Source of the DNA: the human T2T-CHM13v2.0 reference genome, Homo sapiens
Assembly: GCF_009914755.1 (NCBI RefSeq)
Contig: NC_060926.1
Length of the DNA stretch: 64,000 bases
Strand: one strand, 5' to 3'
The translations under genes were made by a program, and so were the position numbers. Of this stretch, positions 45,105 through 61,592 are shown piece after piece; positions within the stretch are counted from its first letter, which is position 1; each line of letters starts with the position of its first letter. The notes under the pieces are model-generated. The model was not told where the DNA came from. It saw only the letters and a list, made by a program, of their open reading frames with translations, and searched no databases.

Positions 45105-45266
45105 CAAGGCCAGCAAACTAGTTTGGTAAAGGCCAGCGAGTCAGCATTTTAGGCTTTGTGGGCCAGTCTCTGTCTCTGCGACAGTCTGTCACAACTATTC
45201 AACTCTACTACTAAATCACAAAAGTGGTACATATATGGTCCACAGACTGTTGTTTGTTAACCCCTG
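45105..45266 (+). mobile_element. hAT-Charlie MITE (MER58A-like)
   Basis: Termini caaggccagcaaac / gtttgttaacccctg; exact 8-bp TSD ACCTACAT at 45097-45104 and 45267-45274. Confidence 0.88.
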
Positions 45267-45508
45267 ACCTACATGGTAATCCTGCCAAAACTGCTTAACC
45301 CGAACCTAATCATGAGAAAACAATCTAGACAAATGTAAATTATGTAACATTCTGTAAGACACTGGCCTAAATTTTTCTTTAAGAATCAATATAATGAAAA
45401 ACAAAAGGTGGGGGATTGTTCCAGATTAATGGAGATTAGAAAGATATGACTTGTCACAAAATGACATGAAGGACCCTTCAATGCGTGTTCAATGCATGTT
45501 TCTCTGTT

Positions 45509-45646
45509 CTTTTTTTCTTTTTTTTTGTACAGATGGGGTCATACTGTGTTGTCCAGTCTGGGCTCAAACTCCGAGGCTCAAGTGATTTTCCTACCTCCAC
45601 CTTCCAAAGTGTTGGGATTACAGGCATGAGCCACTGTGCCTGACCC
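45509..45646 (-). mobile_element. Alu monomer (FLAM/AluJ arm)
   Basis: Single reverse arm. Confidence 0.8.
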
Positions 45647-45955
45647 CTTCAATGTATATTTCTAAGTAAAAGAAGCCATTCTGAAAAGTCTACATACTGT
45701 ATGATTCCAATTCAGTGACATTCTGGAAAAGATACAGAGATAAGAACAAAATCAGTAGTTGCCAAGGGTGCAGCATGGGGAGGGAAAGGATAAAGAAGTG
45801 AAGCACAGTGGATATTTTAGGCAGTGAAACTATTCTGTACGGCACTGTAAGGGTGGCTACATGACATTACCCATTTGTCAAAAACCCAAAGAACTTTGTA
45901 GCACAAAGAGTGAACCTCAATGTATGCAAAGCAAAAAAAAAAAAAAAAAAAAAAA

Positions 45956-46273
<318 letters not shown>

Positions 46274-47604
46274 TTTAAGAAGTCAGAGGATACCAGGAAA
46301 GAATGCAGGTGGTGACAAGAGAATCTAATCTATCTGTACTACAAATGCTACAACAACCTTACTGAAGGGAGTAGAAGAAAAAGTGCTGACCTAAATAACT
46401 CTGGCAATGAACAGATTTTGTAAGACTACAGTGCTTATGGCGAAAGGACACAAAAGGACTGTATCTAACTGATATCAAGTTGCTTCCCATGGGGATACAC
46501 TGCTATACCTGTATGCTAGAATTAAACAATTAAATAAATGGATAGCAGATGGTGGGACCACGTTTCTCACTGTTGGTATGGGAATTAACAGATAAGCAAG
46601 GAGAGGAAGCTAGAATGACCCACAGGGTAATGGATCAGAGATGGAAAGATCAGTAAGAACTCACGTTTAATGTATTTGTATATAGATCATTACATATAAA
46701 AATATTTATAGATATGTACATACGCACAGGTTAATACAGACACATATATTTCTTTGCCTGATCAGCTGAGACAGTTTAAAATAACACTCCTTGGCCTTTA
46801 GATATCTACCATAGAAAAAAGAAAGAAAGAAAGAACACTCTAGTAGCAATGAACACATCTAGTACCTAGATCCTGGTTTCTAACACAATTTTCCACTAAA
46901 AAAGAACTGAGACTCCTTGGAAATAAAGCTGATTCTAAGAACAGGGCATGTACAAGATGAGTCTGGAGCATCCTGTAGTACCAGAAAGTAAAAGTACTGA
47001 ACACGTGCACCCATGCACACTGAGGGCATATGTCAGAGGAGCACAGAAGGCAATTGAAAGAGCTCCCAAACCTAGCAAAATCTGAGCAACAAAGTCAAGT
47101 CTGCCACACAGAACTCCAAAGGATTTTTGTACATGGTTTATTCTAAAGGAAGGGAAGCATAACTCCCGAGTGTTTAACTGTGATATGAATTCCTTCTGAA
47201 AAGTACCATTTGAAAAGGGAAGGAAAAAAGAGTAACTTTACAGTAGAGAAACCTGACATGACTTCAGCCACTTAATCAACGTCAATGTCAATAATCCTAA
47301 ATGATGTGGAAAGCATACACCTCTGATACTATCTGATAAAATCACTCTGTGCCTCTGTGACCTTCCTCTCAAAAATCCATAAGCCCAGTCTAACCATGAG
47401 AAAAACATCAGACTGAACTGGAAGGTTGGACAGAGCTTCCACAGTGTTCTTTTTCATAGTTGGGATGACTTTACATTTGGAAACCAGATCTAAAGTATTA
47501 GTAAGAATCGAAATGCTTGCAAATTAAGAATAATTAAAATAATTTTATGTTATCTAGATAATTGGTTTGTCTAGTATTCTGAATCTAAAAAATACAGTCA
47601 TCTA

Positions 47605-47960
<356 letters not shown>

Positions 47961-48594
47961 TATCATACATCAGAAATAGGTTTATTATATTTATATGTAA
48001 ATATATACATTTATATTTATTATATTTATATGACTTAAGGTTTTGATGACGTGATGATGCTCTAGGGCTGTGATTCTCAATGGGGAATGAATAAAATTTA
48101 ACCAAAACTTTTTGGCTGAGGAGAAAATACAAACAATTATGGCAGGTAACTAGGTTAACCTGTGGGTGGCAAAACATGACTACGAAAGAAAAGAACATTT
48201 AGAAAGCCTTGGGGAGGGAGGAGGATCGAAAAATAAAATTTAATTTAAAAAGAAAGAAAGAAAGGCAATAAAGTGTGTAAAATAACTCCAAGAGATCTTT
48301 CTTCACAATGCCCATTTCTGTATCTGTACAAAATTCCCTATGCCACTATGTCAGACAATCTCTTTAGCACTCAGCACTCAAAATGCTAGAGCAAGATGAA
48401 CTAAATTCAAAGACCCTTTTGACACGGAGTCCATCCATTTATTTCAGAGATCCCACTCAAGCAAGTGAGGCAGTAGAGAAGAATAAAGAAGCAATTTAGT
48501 GCAGTGTTTAGTAAGAGTACATGTTTGACAGTTAACATGCCTGGGTTGATTTGCAGCTTTGCCTTTTATTACCCATGCAACATCAGGAAAGTTT

Positions 48595-48920
48595 CATTTA
48601 TTTATTTATTTATTTTTTTTTTTTTGAGACACAGGCTTGCTCTGTGGTCCAGACTAGAGTGCAGTAGTGCAATCAAAGCTCACTGCAGCCTCAACTTCAT
48701 GGGCTCAAGCGATCTTCCCACCTCAGCCTCCTGAGTGCTGGCACTACAGATGTATGCCACCATGCCCAGCTAGTTTTTTGGGGTTTTGTTTTGTTTTTTT
48801 TTGGAGAGACAGGGTCTTGCTATGTTGCCCTGGCTGGTCTCAAGCTCTGGGCTCAAGTGATCCTCCCGCCTTAGCCTCCCAAATTGCTGGGATTACAGAT
48901 GTGAGCCACTGCAGGTGGCC
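48595..48920 (-). mobile_element. Alu (J-like) inserted in a MIR (~48490-49070)
   Basis: Reverse Alu; MIR resumes cttaacccctctgttccttagtttcttcacctgtaaaatgg. Confidence 0.9.
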
Positions 48921-49683
48921 AGGCAAGCTTCTTAACCCCTCTGTTCCTTAGTTTCTTCACCTGTAAAATGGTTCCAACTTTAGAGGGATGCTGTGAGGAT
49001 GAAATGAGATAATCTAGGTAAAATTCTTAGTATAGTACCTGATACAGAGTAATGTTTGCTATCATTATTATTATTACATATTTCAAAAATCCCTCACTAT
49101 CAAACTGTTTGGTCTTTGTTATGTACACAATTCATAAAAGGCAAATCTGTGGCCCACCAACCTTTCAGAGTTCCATAGTACCTCAAATCAGATGACAAAG
49201 ATAGGCTTGGACACAGAGCCCACAACTCAGAAAAGTCTGTACCCCAAAAGTTCACCTTTTAGTCAGTGGAACACATTTCCCTAAGTGCACAATTGAAACA
49301 AGCAGTGGCTGTTATTCCCACTGCAGATGAAAGGTGTGAGTAGGTGGGTCTGAGCATCTCACTGTGACCAGTACCACTGCTCTGCTGGGGAAGGTATCTG
49401 TGGTACCTGGGAAGAAAAGAACACCGTGACCCTGGAAAAAAGACATCTTCCCCTGCCATTGCAGCAGCTTGAAAATACATCTTATTCTCAAGGACTTCAA
49501 GAACCTAGTCTGTACTGTACAAAGAACATCATAGCACTTGCTGTGTCAACATTAAGAAACACTGTAATCCACAATACACACAAAGATTATAAAATAAAAA
49601 AGTACGGATTTGTTTCTATTTCAAACTCTGACTATGCTTTGGGTAATGACCTTTCAAAAGCAGGACACTTTCTAATTGACACT

Positions 49684-50065
49684 GTCAGAGACCAGGAAGT
49701 GCCCCCCAAAATATGCCTCTTTAGCTAAGGATTTTTTTTGAGCTAAAGGCAATTAAGCAGCAGCAGATGGAGGAAAGCTCTCGGCCCTCCGTTTGCCTAA
49801 AATCAGGACATATAATAGATTTACAAAGAGAAAAGGTATCCTGCCCACCTCTCTCCCAAGGAAAACAAAGGTTAATCACTGAAGACAACTTTAGACCCCT
49901 ATCAGTCTGGAGACAGCACAAGAGAATCCACATTAACGAGCTTTACTAACTAGCCTTAGTATTCAGTTTCCCACAAGTTGTCACCCTGAGAGATTTAGAG
50001 TTCATTTCCTTTGTCTTGTCACTTCTCTAAAATTTTACTGTTCTTTGTTGAGGATGCTACCTAAT
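49684..50065 (+). mobile_element. ERV1-class LTR fragment (MER34/MER39-like)
   Basis: gagaccaggaagtgccccccaaaatatgcctctttagctaaggattttttttgagctaaaggcaattaag resembles the MER34/39 5' end (from memory). Confidence 0.7.
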
Positions 50066-50127
50066 CTGGGGGAGTGAGGAGAATGAGAGAGAAAGGGGAA
50101 GAGGAGAGAGGGGAGAGAGTGAGGAAT

Positions 50128-50548
50128 TGTTTCAAGGTGAGCAGGTCTATGTGAACCTGCCCCAGAAAGTCCGAGGAAACTGAGAGGCTGAAGAAAGAGG
50201 CTGACATATTCAGTTTCTTAGAAAGACATATTTAATAGGAACTTACAAACAGAAGCCATGTCTGTGTCTCAGGCTTTGGCAGGACAAGACAAGGGATCCA
50301 CGCACCACTATCCCCCAGACCCAGGGCTTATACCATAGGGAAAGGGTGATCTGAAGGGATGTGTAGGGCAAGCAAAGTACAATAACATCAAGGTTGCTTG
50401 ACCTAAGGTCAGGATTTATAGTAAGTACCTGTTCTTACATAGGGAATAGTAGATAACCTGGAAATCTTAGAGGTATCTTGAAACTGGGGCTAATGAGAAG
50501 TCAATATGGCAGATCAGTATCCAAGATGGAGTTGCTTTGGCCTCCGCA
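50128..50548 (-). mobile_element. ERV solo LTR (MER49-like)
   Basis: TG...CA termini; reverse complement starts tgcggaggccaaagcaactccatcttgga; GGAAT repeated on both flanks. Confidence 0.75.
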
Positions 50549-51326
50549 GGAATAAAACAAACATAGCAAAATGTTAACACAAGGAATCTGTGTGAAGAAC
50601 ATCCAGGAATTCTTTGTCTTGTTCTTGCAACTTGTCTATGAGTTTGAAGTCATGTCAAAGTAAAAAAATTACATTGGATATAAAGCAATACCTTTGTCAA
50701 AAGCAATGGAACTATACAAGAAATCTGCAGATTGCACCATATGTAAATAACACTTCAATTAAAGTAATGAAACCTTATTTTAGATGTTTTCTCAAAGTTC
50801 GATGATTGGAACACTTCAATAATTAAAAATGGAGAAGAGAAACCCATTGAGGACATAACAGAATGAAGACTAACTTCATGCATACTTCTAGTTTGAAACA
50901 ATCAACTAGCACTGCCGTTTCTGTGTCTGTGACCACAATTATCAGCAGCTCTCATGACTTCCTGCTGTACAGCCTCCGCTCCCCTCCCACCACACTTCCC
51001 CATGTGACCACCCCACACCCTCTGTGCTCAGCTGGGTACCACAATCAGCTACACTACACCCGCTTGCTAATCAACCTCCAAATACATAACCCCATTAACA
51101 ACAAACCTAGATATTACTTTTAATTAAAAAAAAAAAAAAAGAAGCCAAAAATGACGGTCACAATCCCTCATGAGGACACAGACTATTCAGTGAGAATCCT
51201 TGAGGGAGGCCCTCTGCAGATGCCAGGGCCCAGAACCGGGGCTCGCCCAGCACCTGGCTTGGAACCCAGGTTAATCTTTCAAAGTACTTTAGGATTTGTT
51301 AAAGATTATTATTAATGTCATAGTCA

Positions 51327-51581
<255 letters not shown>

Positions 51582-52303
51582 CTAGCCTGCATCTCTATCA
51601 GCTCTCTGGCACCAGCCCCGCTCTTCCATGCTGCATGATCACTGACAGAGTTCCCAAACAGAAGCCAGGTTCCAGAGTCCCCAGAAGGGTCCCAGTGATT
51701 ATACCCACCTATCCACTGCAATCCTGGACAGCTCTGTCACAGTCACAGATGTTCTGACCAGCAGAAAACTGACAGAGTACAGAAGATGAACCAAAGTAAC
51801 ACAGGGGCATGTGTACGTGTGGAAGCAGAGAAGCAGGACGGCCGAACACAAACACACAGCAGACACACGCCTATTGTGGGTGCCCTATGTCCGTGGGCCC
51901 CTCAGCTGGCCCTGAGATGGAAGCACATTTACATTAGAATCAACTATCAACAGACAGCATTTCAATTTCATAAATGCTGCCAGATTTCAGGGCTTATTTA
52001 ATTATATACGATGGTGTTACCGTCTTTCACATTACTAAAGCTGAGTATGTATAGTTCATCCTAAAACTAAGTACTAGGCACATGTACCAGGTCTTAATGT
52101 TATCTCATTTAATTCATTTAATTCTCTAAACAAAACATGAAGCATTTTGCCTCATGGTTTCGTGAGAGAATTAAATGAGATAACATTTTAAAGATGAGAA
52201 GACTGACTTGGAGAGATTGCATAAACTGCCCAAAATCATGAAGCTGGTAAATGATGGAGTCAGGATTCAAGCATCAATTTAATTGCAAAGTTCATGCTTT
52301 CTA

Positions 52304-52306
<3 letters not shown>

Positions 52307-52338
<32 letters not shown>
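52307..52338. repeat. (CA)n microsatellite
   Basis: Direct reading. Confidence 0.95.
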
Positions 52339-52340
<2 letters not shown>

Positions 52341-52699
52341 TTGGAAAACCACCCCAAATTATTTCCTCCAAAAAATGTCTGCACAGTTGCCAATGTTTTT
52401 TTCATGCTTAAAAAATATTTTTGTTTTGAAATATTGTAAGCAAACAGTTAAAAAAAAAAAAAGAACTTGCTACACTACCCTGTCAAATCTTAACTTTCTG
52501 ATGCATTCTGAGTCTTTTAGGAAGAAAACACATCAGAAGCCCCATGTACCCTCCCCAATTCCATCAGCATTTTCTGCCCTGGGACGACAGAGCAGTGACT
52601 CGCACACACCATTCCAATACATAATTTTACACTCTAATTCATATCATTTGAATCTACAGAAAATAGACTATTATGCACAGCAATAACAACACTTTCTAT

Positions 52700-52899
<200 letters not shown>

Positions 52900-53865
52900 T
52901 AGCATTCATTAGATCATCGACTGCCCACTCACCTCCAATCACCCTGTGAGGTTGGTAAGATCATCTCATACAGAAAAAGTGAAACACAAATAGGCTGAAG
53001 TACTGTGCCCACAGATACACAGTATGGTTAACTTTACATACATGGTGTATTATAGGTAGCTTCCACAAGCCTTTCAGCATCGCTTTTCATTTATCTATGT
53101 TGAAAGATGTAACTCTAACTCTCACATTCACTTTCTGAAGTATCAAAAACGCATTTGTTTTAAAGATACGAGCAGGGCATAGTTCTATCTAGTAGCACCT
53201 ACTTTGTGCTACTTACAACTTTGCATGTAACTTTAAACCATAATATACAATAAAAGTAAGTACTAGAAAAAAAATACCTGTAATACTGATAAATGTAAGG
53301 AAAGATATACAATATCACTAGTAGTCAGGGAAATTCAAAATAACAGTGAGACATATCACTCATCTAACTGATAAATTACAAAGTCTAACAATACCTACTA
53401 TTGGCAAGGGTAGAGAACAATGAAAACCTCATCAGTGACGGCAGGGACTTAAAGGAGCAGTACTTTTGGAGACAATAAGGCGATCTTTAGTAAAACTGAA
53501 GATACATATACCTTTTGATCCTACAATTTCATTCATACATAGGTACCCTAAGGAATCTCACATATATATACAAGGAGGAACCATAAAATAACATTAATAG
53601 CAGTGTAATTTTTTAACTGCAAAAACTGGAAACAACTGTCCATCAACAGCAGAATTGATAAGTAAAGGATGGTGTACTCCTACGATAGAATATGACAAGC
53701 AATAGAAATGAATGGATTGAAGTACAAGCATTAAACATGGATAAATCTCAAAAATACTACCACGAGTGGAAAAAAGCAAGTTGCAGAAGAATCAGAGCAT
53801 CCTGTACTATCATTTATACAAAGTTCATAAACATAGTCTTTATTTCGTTTGATAGGAGACAATTG

Positions 53866-54574
<709 letters not shown>

Positions 54575-55013
54575 ATATCATTCTTTATGCCTTTTAGTAT
54601 GTCTGGAATATTTTATAACATACACAAGCAAGTCACATTAATTTGGCCTAGAAAGTCTCTCTGAATCTTATAAGCATGTTTTGTGGTTAATGAGTTTAAC
54701 AAATCTTTTCACAATTTCAATATTAGTTACTTCACTATTTCTTATTAAATCTGGCTTACAATGCTTCTCAGAAAATCGTATCCCAGAATCTACCACATAA
54801 TAGCAGTTCAGCAAATACCTACAAAATTAAAATTTAAAATATACTGAAGTATTCAATAAGGAGTAGCTCTTCAGAAAGAGACATATAGAAGCCTCTTGTA
54901 TTTTAGAAGCAGTGTTGACAGGTTTGCTAAAGCTATGACCACGTCTCCCTCTTCTCACCCCCTAAAACAACAAAAAAGCCCTCCCATACACACGCATATG
55001 CACACACCTATAC

Positions 55014-55016
<3 letters not shown>

Positions 55017-55051
<35 letters not shown>

Positions 55052-55052
55052 A
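55017..55052. repeat. (CA)n microsatellite
   Basis: Direct reading. Confidence 0.93.
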
Positions 55053-55122
55053 CTGGGAAGCACTGGAATGCAGCCCAGTGTCCCTAAGAACCTAGAGTTG
55101 AACAGATTTAACTTAAAGATCA

Positions 55123-55356
<234 letters not shown>

Positions 55357-57250
55357 TTAAGAAATTAACATACATAAAACACAATTCCTCACACACAGGA
55401 TCTCAATAAGTAGTAGCTGCTTTTGTCATTATTATTCTATTTAGATTAAAATAGGTTTGGGTATAAAGACAGCCTATATAAGCAGCAGATAAAGATAAAT
55501 TCCCAGATGTAATGAAGCGAAGGCTGGGCAGGCTGGCACTTGCATTCCTCATGAAACTGTTTTTCACAATTACAGGTTTGTTATTTTCACTTAATAAAAA
55601 GCTGCCCATATGCTGTACTTAAATAGTTGAACTTTTCCATTTAAAACCCCAAAATTTGTGTTATATCTAATTTTGGACAACTATTGTCATCTTTCTTTTA
55701 TGTGCTTCAATTTATACTCAGTAACAAAACAATAGCTACTATCAGAAGGACCATTATCTAATTTGCCTTAAGGACAGTGGGACATAGGCTTGTTTGCCTA
55801 GAGGAGCTGCCTCAGCTTAGAAGACTAACCTTACAGATAATAAAATCTGACATTTTTCCCAGAAAGTTTGGCCTAGTTTTTTAAAAAAGTGAATCTGATC
55901 AATTTTTAAAAGTATTCCTCAAATGAAAAGGCAGAGAAGCCAATAAAAATAAACTTCAGGATAAATTAATTAAAAATATTCAAGGATATAAAAGATTTAA
56001 ATAAATGAAATGATAGACAATGTCCTTAACTACAAAGGTTCAAAGTAGTAAAGAAATCAAGTCTCCCTAAATTGACCCATTGAATAAAATCCCAATCAAA
56101 ATAAAAAAGAGCTGTTTGGGAATCTTGACACAAACAATTCTAAAATCCATCTAGAAGAATCTGTGAGCTTTGTCAGCAAAGTCATAAAACAACAAAAAAG
56201 AAAAGAGACCAGTGACACCAATTATTAAAACACATTATAAAGCAACTGTTACATAGGAAAAAGCTTGTTTGATTTTCATAATTTTACAAAATCCAATAAC
56301 AACTATTTTAAATGCAAAATCAAGCCACGGTAATATAAAATCGGATACTGGAGCAGAAATAGATGGACAAATCTGTGAAATCTAACAGAGAAGTCAGACT
56401 TAAGATTATAGAAAATTTAATATAAGATGAAAGTGGCATCTCAAATTAGTGGGGAAAAGATAGTTTCCTTAATAAATGGCATTGAGAAAACTAATAATGG
56501 ATCTGGGGAAAAGTAACAATGGATTCTTATCTCACTCCTTATACAAAATAACGTGTCTATGAAACAAATATTTAACTATAAAATCATGAAGAGGCACCAG
56601 AAGAAAATAGGTACATATTTTTATAATCTTAAGATAGGAAAAGCTCTAAGCAAAGACAAAGCAGCAATCATCAAGGAAAAGACTGATAGTTGTAACAACA
56701 TAAAAATGTAAAAAGAGACCAATATCCTAATAGAAACAAGGATAAAGGTAATTAACAGGCAACTGGCTAAACTTAAGCCAATAATGTGAAAAGATCAGCT
56801 TTACTTCCAACTAAAGAACTGAAAGAGAAACAGTTATCAATTTTGCCATCAGACTGGTATAATAAGAAAAATTGAAAACTGGCCAACCAGTGTTGGCAAG
56901 GATATGGAGAAACAAATATTTTTTTATAAACAACTGGCAAGAACATAAAATGAAACAGCCTATCTGGAGGTGAGTGGGTAATCTGTACCAAAATTTTAAA
57001 TTTGTCTACCCTTTGATATGGCAATTTCTTTTCTAACAATTCACCCTGAGAAGAGAATCATATCAATTATTTTATAAACCCATGAGTTCATAATGACACT
57101 TTTTTAAAAAGCTGGTCATTCTGGAGGCTAACAAGGCACTAATTTGTTTTTCTGAAAAGTGGCTTTCCAAGTGAGGGTTGGTAGAAATAAGAAGTCAAAC
57201 ATTTTACCCTTCCTTTCTTGTACAGACAGTATTTCAGCGTTATCAAATAG

Positions 57251-57628
<378 letters not shown>

Positions 57629-59119
57629 TTACATACCTATCAGGATGGCTAAAATAAAACACAGCAATAGCCCCAAATGTTGGTGAGGGTGGAGAAATTC
57701 ACATACATTGCTGGTAGGAATGTAAAGTGGTACTAGCCAGTCTGAAAAAGAATATGGCAATTTCTCACAAAACTAAACATACCCATTATATAACCCAGTA
57801 ATTGCATTCTTGGGCATTCATGCTAGAGAAACAAAAAGTTATGTTAACACAAAAACCTGTATATGAGTGTGCACAGCATATCCATGTGTAATGCCCCAAA
57901 ACTGGGAAATAATCCAAATGCCCTTTAACATATGAATGGTCAGGCAAACTGCAGTATATCCATATCATGAAATACTAGTCAGTAATAAAAATAAATAAAT
58001 TATTGATACAGGCAACAATCAGGGTGAATCTCAAGGGAATCAAGCTGAATGAAAAAAGGCAGTCTCAAAAGGTTGCATACTGTATAATTCCATTTCTATG
58101 TCATTCTTATGATGACAAAATTACAGAAATGAAGAATGCATTAGGGTGTTGCCAGGGGTTAGGGGAAGAGGGGGAAAGAGGTGTCATGTCTGTGGCTATT
58201 AAAGGGTAAAATGAGAGATCCTTGTGATGGAAATGTTCTGATTCTTGACTGTAGTGTTACCCATTTTTATCTACATGTGATATAACTGCACAGAACTAAA
58301 TGCATACACACACAGGCATACACATATATACACACACAAGTGTATATAAAACTAGTGAAATCTAAATGAGGTTCATTGCTTGTATCAATTTCAATTTCCC
58401 GGCTGTAAAATTGGACTATACTCAAGCAAGGTGTTGCCAATGGGGGAAAGTGGATGAAGGGAAATGGGATCTCTGTATTATTTCCTACATCTACATGTGA
58501 ATCTACAATTATCCCAAAATAAAAAAATTCCAAAAATTATCATTCTGAAAACTCTAATGAAATGAGTGTAGGTGATGATCATAAAGCGGTGTTAAAACCA
58601 TCAGGTAAGACTGACGGGGAACTTCAGCATGGGTACATCTGGGGCTGACAACACCTGAACTTCATAATCAACATTAGTGAATGAATCGAGCCTCCAGATC
58701 TCATTCCCAGTTTATCAGCTATGACAGGGTATGGAAGAACATGTTAAATGACACCACAAGGAGGCCATCAGCCAAGTTCAGACGGTGGAAAATTGTACTG
58801 GAAAAATGACTCGATTTCTTCAACAAATGGCATGAGAAATAAAGAAAAGAGAGGAAGGCTATATATTAAAAGAGACTTAAAAGAGCTAATCTCAACGGAT
58901 GCAACATTTAGTCTTTGTATGGATCCTAATTTGTATAATATTAGATGATATTAGGAATTAATGTTAATTCTGTTTATATGATATTATGGTTGTGTTTTTA
59001 AGTCCTTATCTTAAAAGACTGAGGAATATACAGGTGAAATGATGACCTGTATTTGCTTTCAAATACCCTAGCAGAGGAAAAACAATTATAGAAGCGTAGA
59101 TTAAAAAAAGAATAGTAGA

Positions 59120-59599
59120 GACCAAGCATGGTGGCCCACGCCTGTAATCCCAGCACTTAGGAGGCCGAGGCAGGAGGATCACTTAAGCGCAGGAGTTCAA
59201 GACCAGCCTGGGCAACATATCGAGACCTCATCTCTCCAAAAATAATTTTTTAATTAGCTGAGTGCAATGACCTCAGCTAATTAACCTTTTTATCTTGAAA
59301 TAATTGTAGATTCACATGTAGATTTGGGAAATAATACAGCGCTCCCATTTCCCTTCATCCACTTTCCCCCACTTGGCCACATCTTGCTTGAGTATAGTCG
59401 ATTTTACAGCCAGGAAATTGACATTGATACAAGCAATGGACATCTATAATCCTAGCTACTTGGGAGGCTGAGGCAGAAAGATCACTTGAGCCAGAAGTTT
59501 GAGGCTGCAGTGAGCTATGTACTGTGCTCCACACCACTACTCTCCAGCCTGGGCAACAGGACAAGGCTCTGTCTCAAAAAAAAAAAAAAAAAAAAAAAA
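59120..59599 (+). mobile_element. AluJ-like element split by a ~170-bp insertion (59272-59439)
   Basis: Left arm and linker 59120-59271; right arm resumes acatctataatcctagctact at ~59440. Confidence 0.9.
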
Positions 59600-59932
59600 T
59601 ACTAGACCATTGTTAACTGTTGAAGTTGGTTATGTATGAAATCTCATATACTATTCCATTTGTAAATGCTTGACATTTTTCATAATAAAAACATTTTGCA
59701 AGAAGACTATAAGTGCGCAAAGGTGTACATTCAAAGATTTTCTTTCACTGAAATGTTTCTAACAGTTAACAAAATTAGAATCCACTTAAATGTCCAACAG
59801 TAAAGAAATGGTTAAGTAAATTATGCCACACAGTAAAACAAAATACCCTGCAGCCATTAAAGGGTGATATGGATGTATGGATACCAACTTTGAAAGATGG
59901 CCATGACATACCAGTGAGTAAAAAAACAACTT

Positions 59933-60540
<608 letters not shown>

Positions 60541-61469
60541 TAGAAAATTGCCTGTGTACAGTATCACTGCATGTTTGTAATGTAGGTGTGTTACATGTGA
60601 ACATAAGCATGGAGAGATGTCCAGAAAAGCCTTTACCAAAACATTAACAGTGGCTGTCTCTGAGGGGCAGAAATCCAAGAGACTGTTACTTGTTTTATAT
60701 ACTTTTTAATATTGTTTGATGTTTTACCAATCATGTGTTTTTAAATTAAGCTACTTCCAGTATACTTGTATTTTCACTTTTCTGATATATGTGTATGCAT
60801 CAACAATAAGTTATTTTTAAAACTCAGCTATTTCCATTTGTTTTTAAGAAGGAAGAGACAACAGAACAAAGCAAACAATACCAAACTTACAGAGTACTGG
60901 AAAGGAGGGAAAGGCTAGGAACTTAGTTATACTCCTGCTATGTACCAAGGAACACCAAATAAATCCAAACAGCATTCGGAGGCACCAGAAGCAGGTCACA
61001 CGCCCAGAGGAGTCTGAACTTGTCCCGCTGCCTCTTCAGTGGTATACGTCAACATCAAAATCTGCTTTTAACATATCCCTCCAGCTACAATGACAGCTCA
61101 CAGTTCCCCACACCCACCACGCTGTTGCCAAGCCTCTACCACACCTCTCCAGCCCCAGCTTCTCTCCAAAATCCCTCCGCCCCTCACCCTCTTTGCTTTC
61201 CCACAGAGGCTCCTTCAAGACCCAGCTCAGGGGGCTATCTTCTGCAGGACACCTTTGAGCTGGGCTCCTCCTCTCCCCCAGGCTGAGCCATGGGCCCCCT
61301 CTGTATGCTGTAGCACCTATCACTCGATGTCGATGTCATCTGTTTTAGAGGTCTGGCCCACAAGCTCTTTAAAGGGAAAGAATGCTGTATGGTCCGTTTT
61401 TGTAGACCCAACAGCTTGTGTAGCGTGAGGCACCTCAGAAGCCCCATAAATGTTCTTTTTAAAATTGTT

Positions 61470-61592
61470 AATTTTGTGTAGAGCTAGGGTCTATGTTGTC
61501 CAGGTGGGTATTGAACTCCTGGGCTCAAGCAATCCTCCTGCATTAGCTTCCCAAAGCACAGGATTACAGGTGTGAGCCACCACGCCCCGCCC
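61470..61592 (-). mobile_element. Alu monomer (FLAM-like)
   Basis: ttgaactcctgggctcaagcaatcctcc...gtgagccaccacgccc. Confidence 0.85.
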
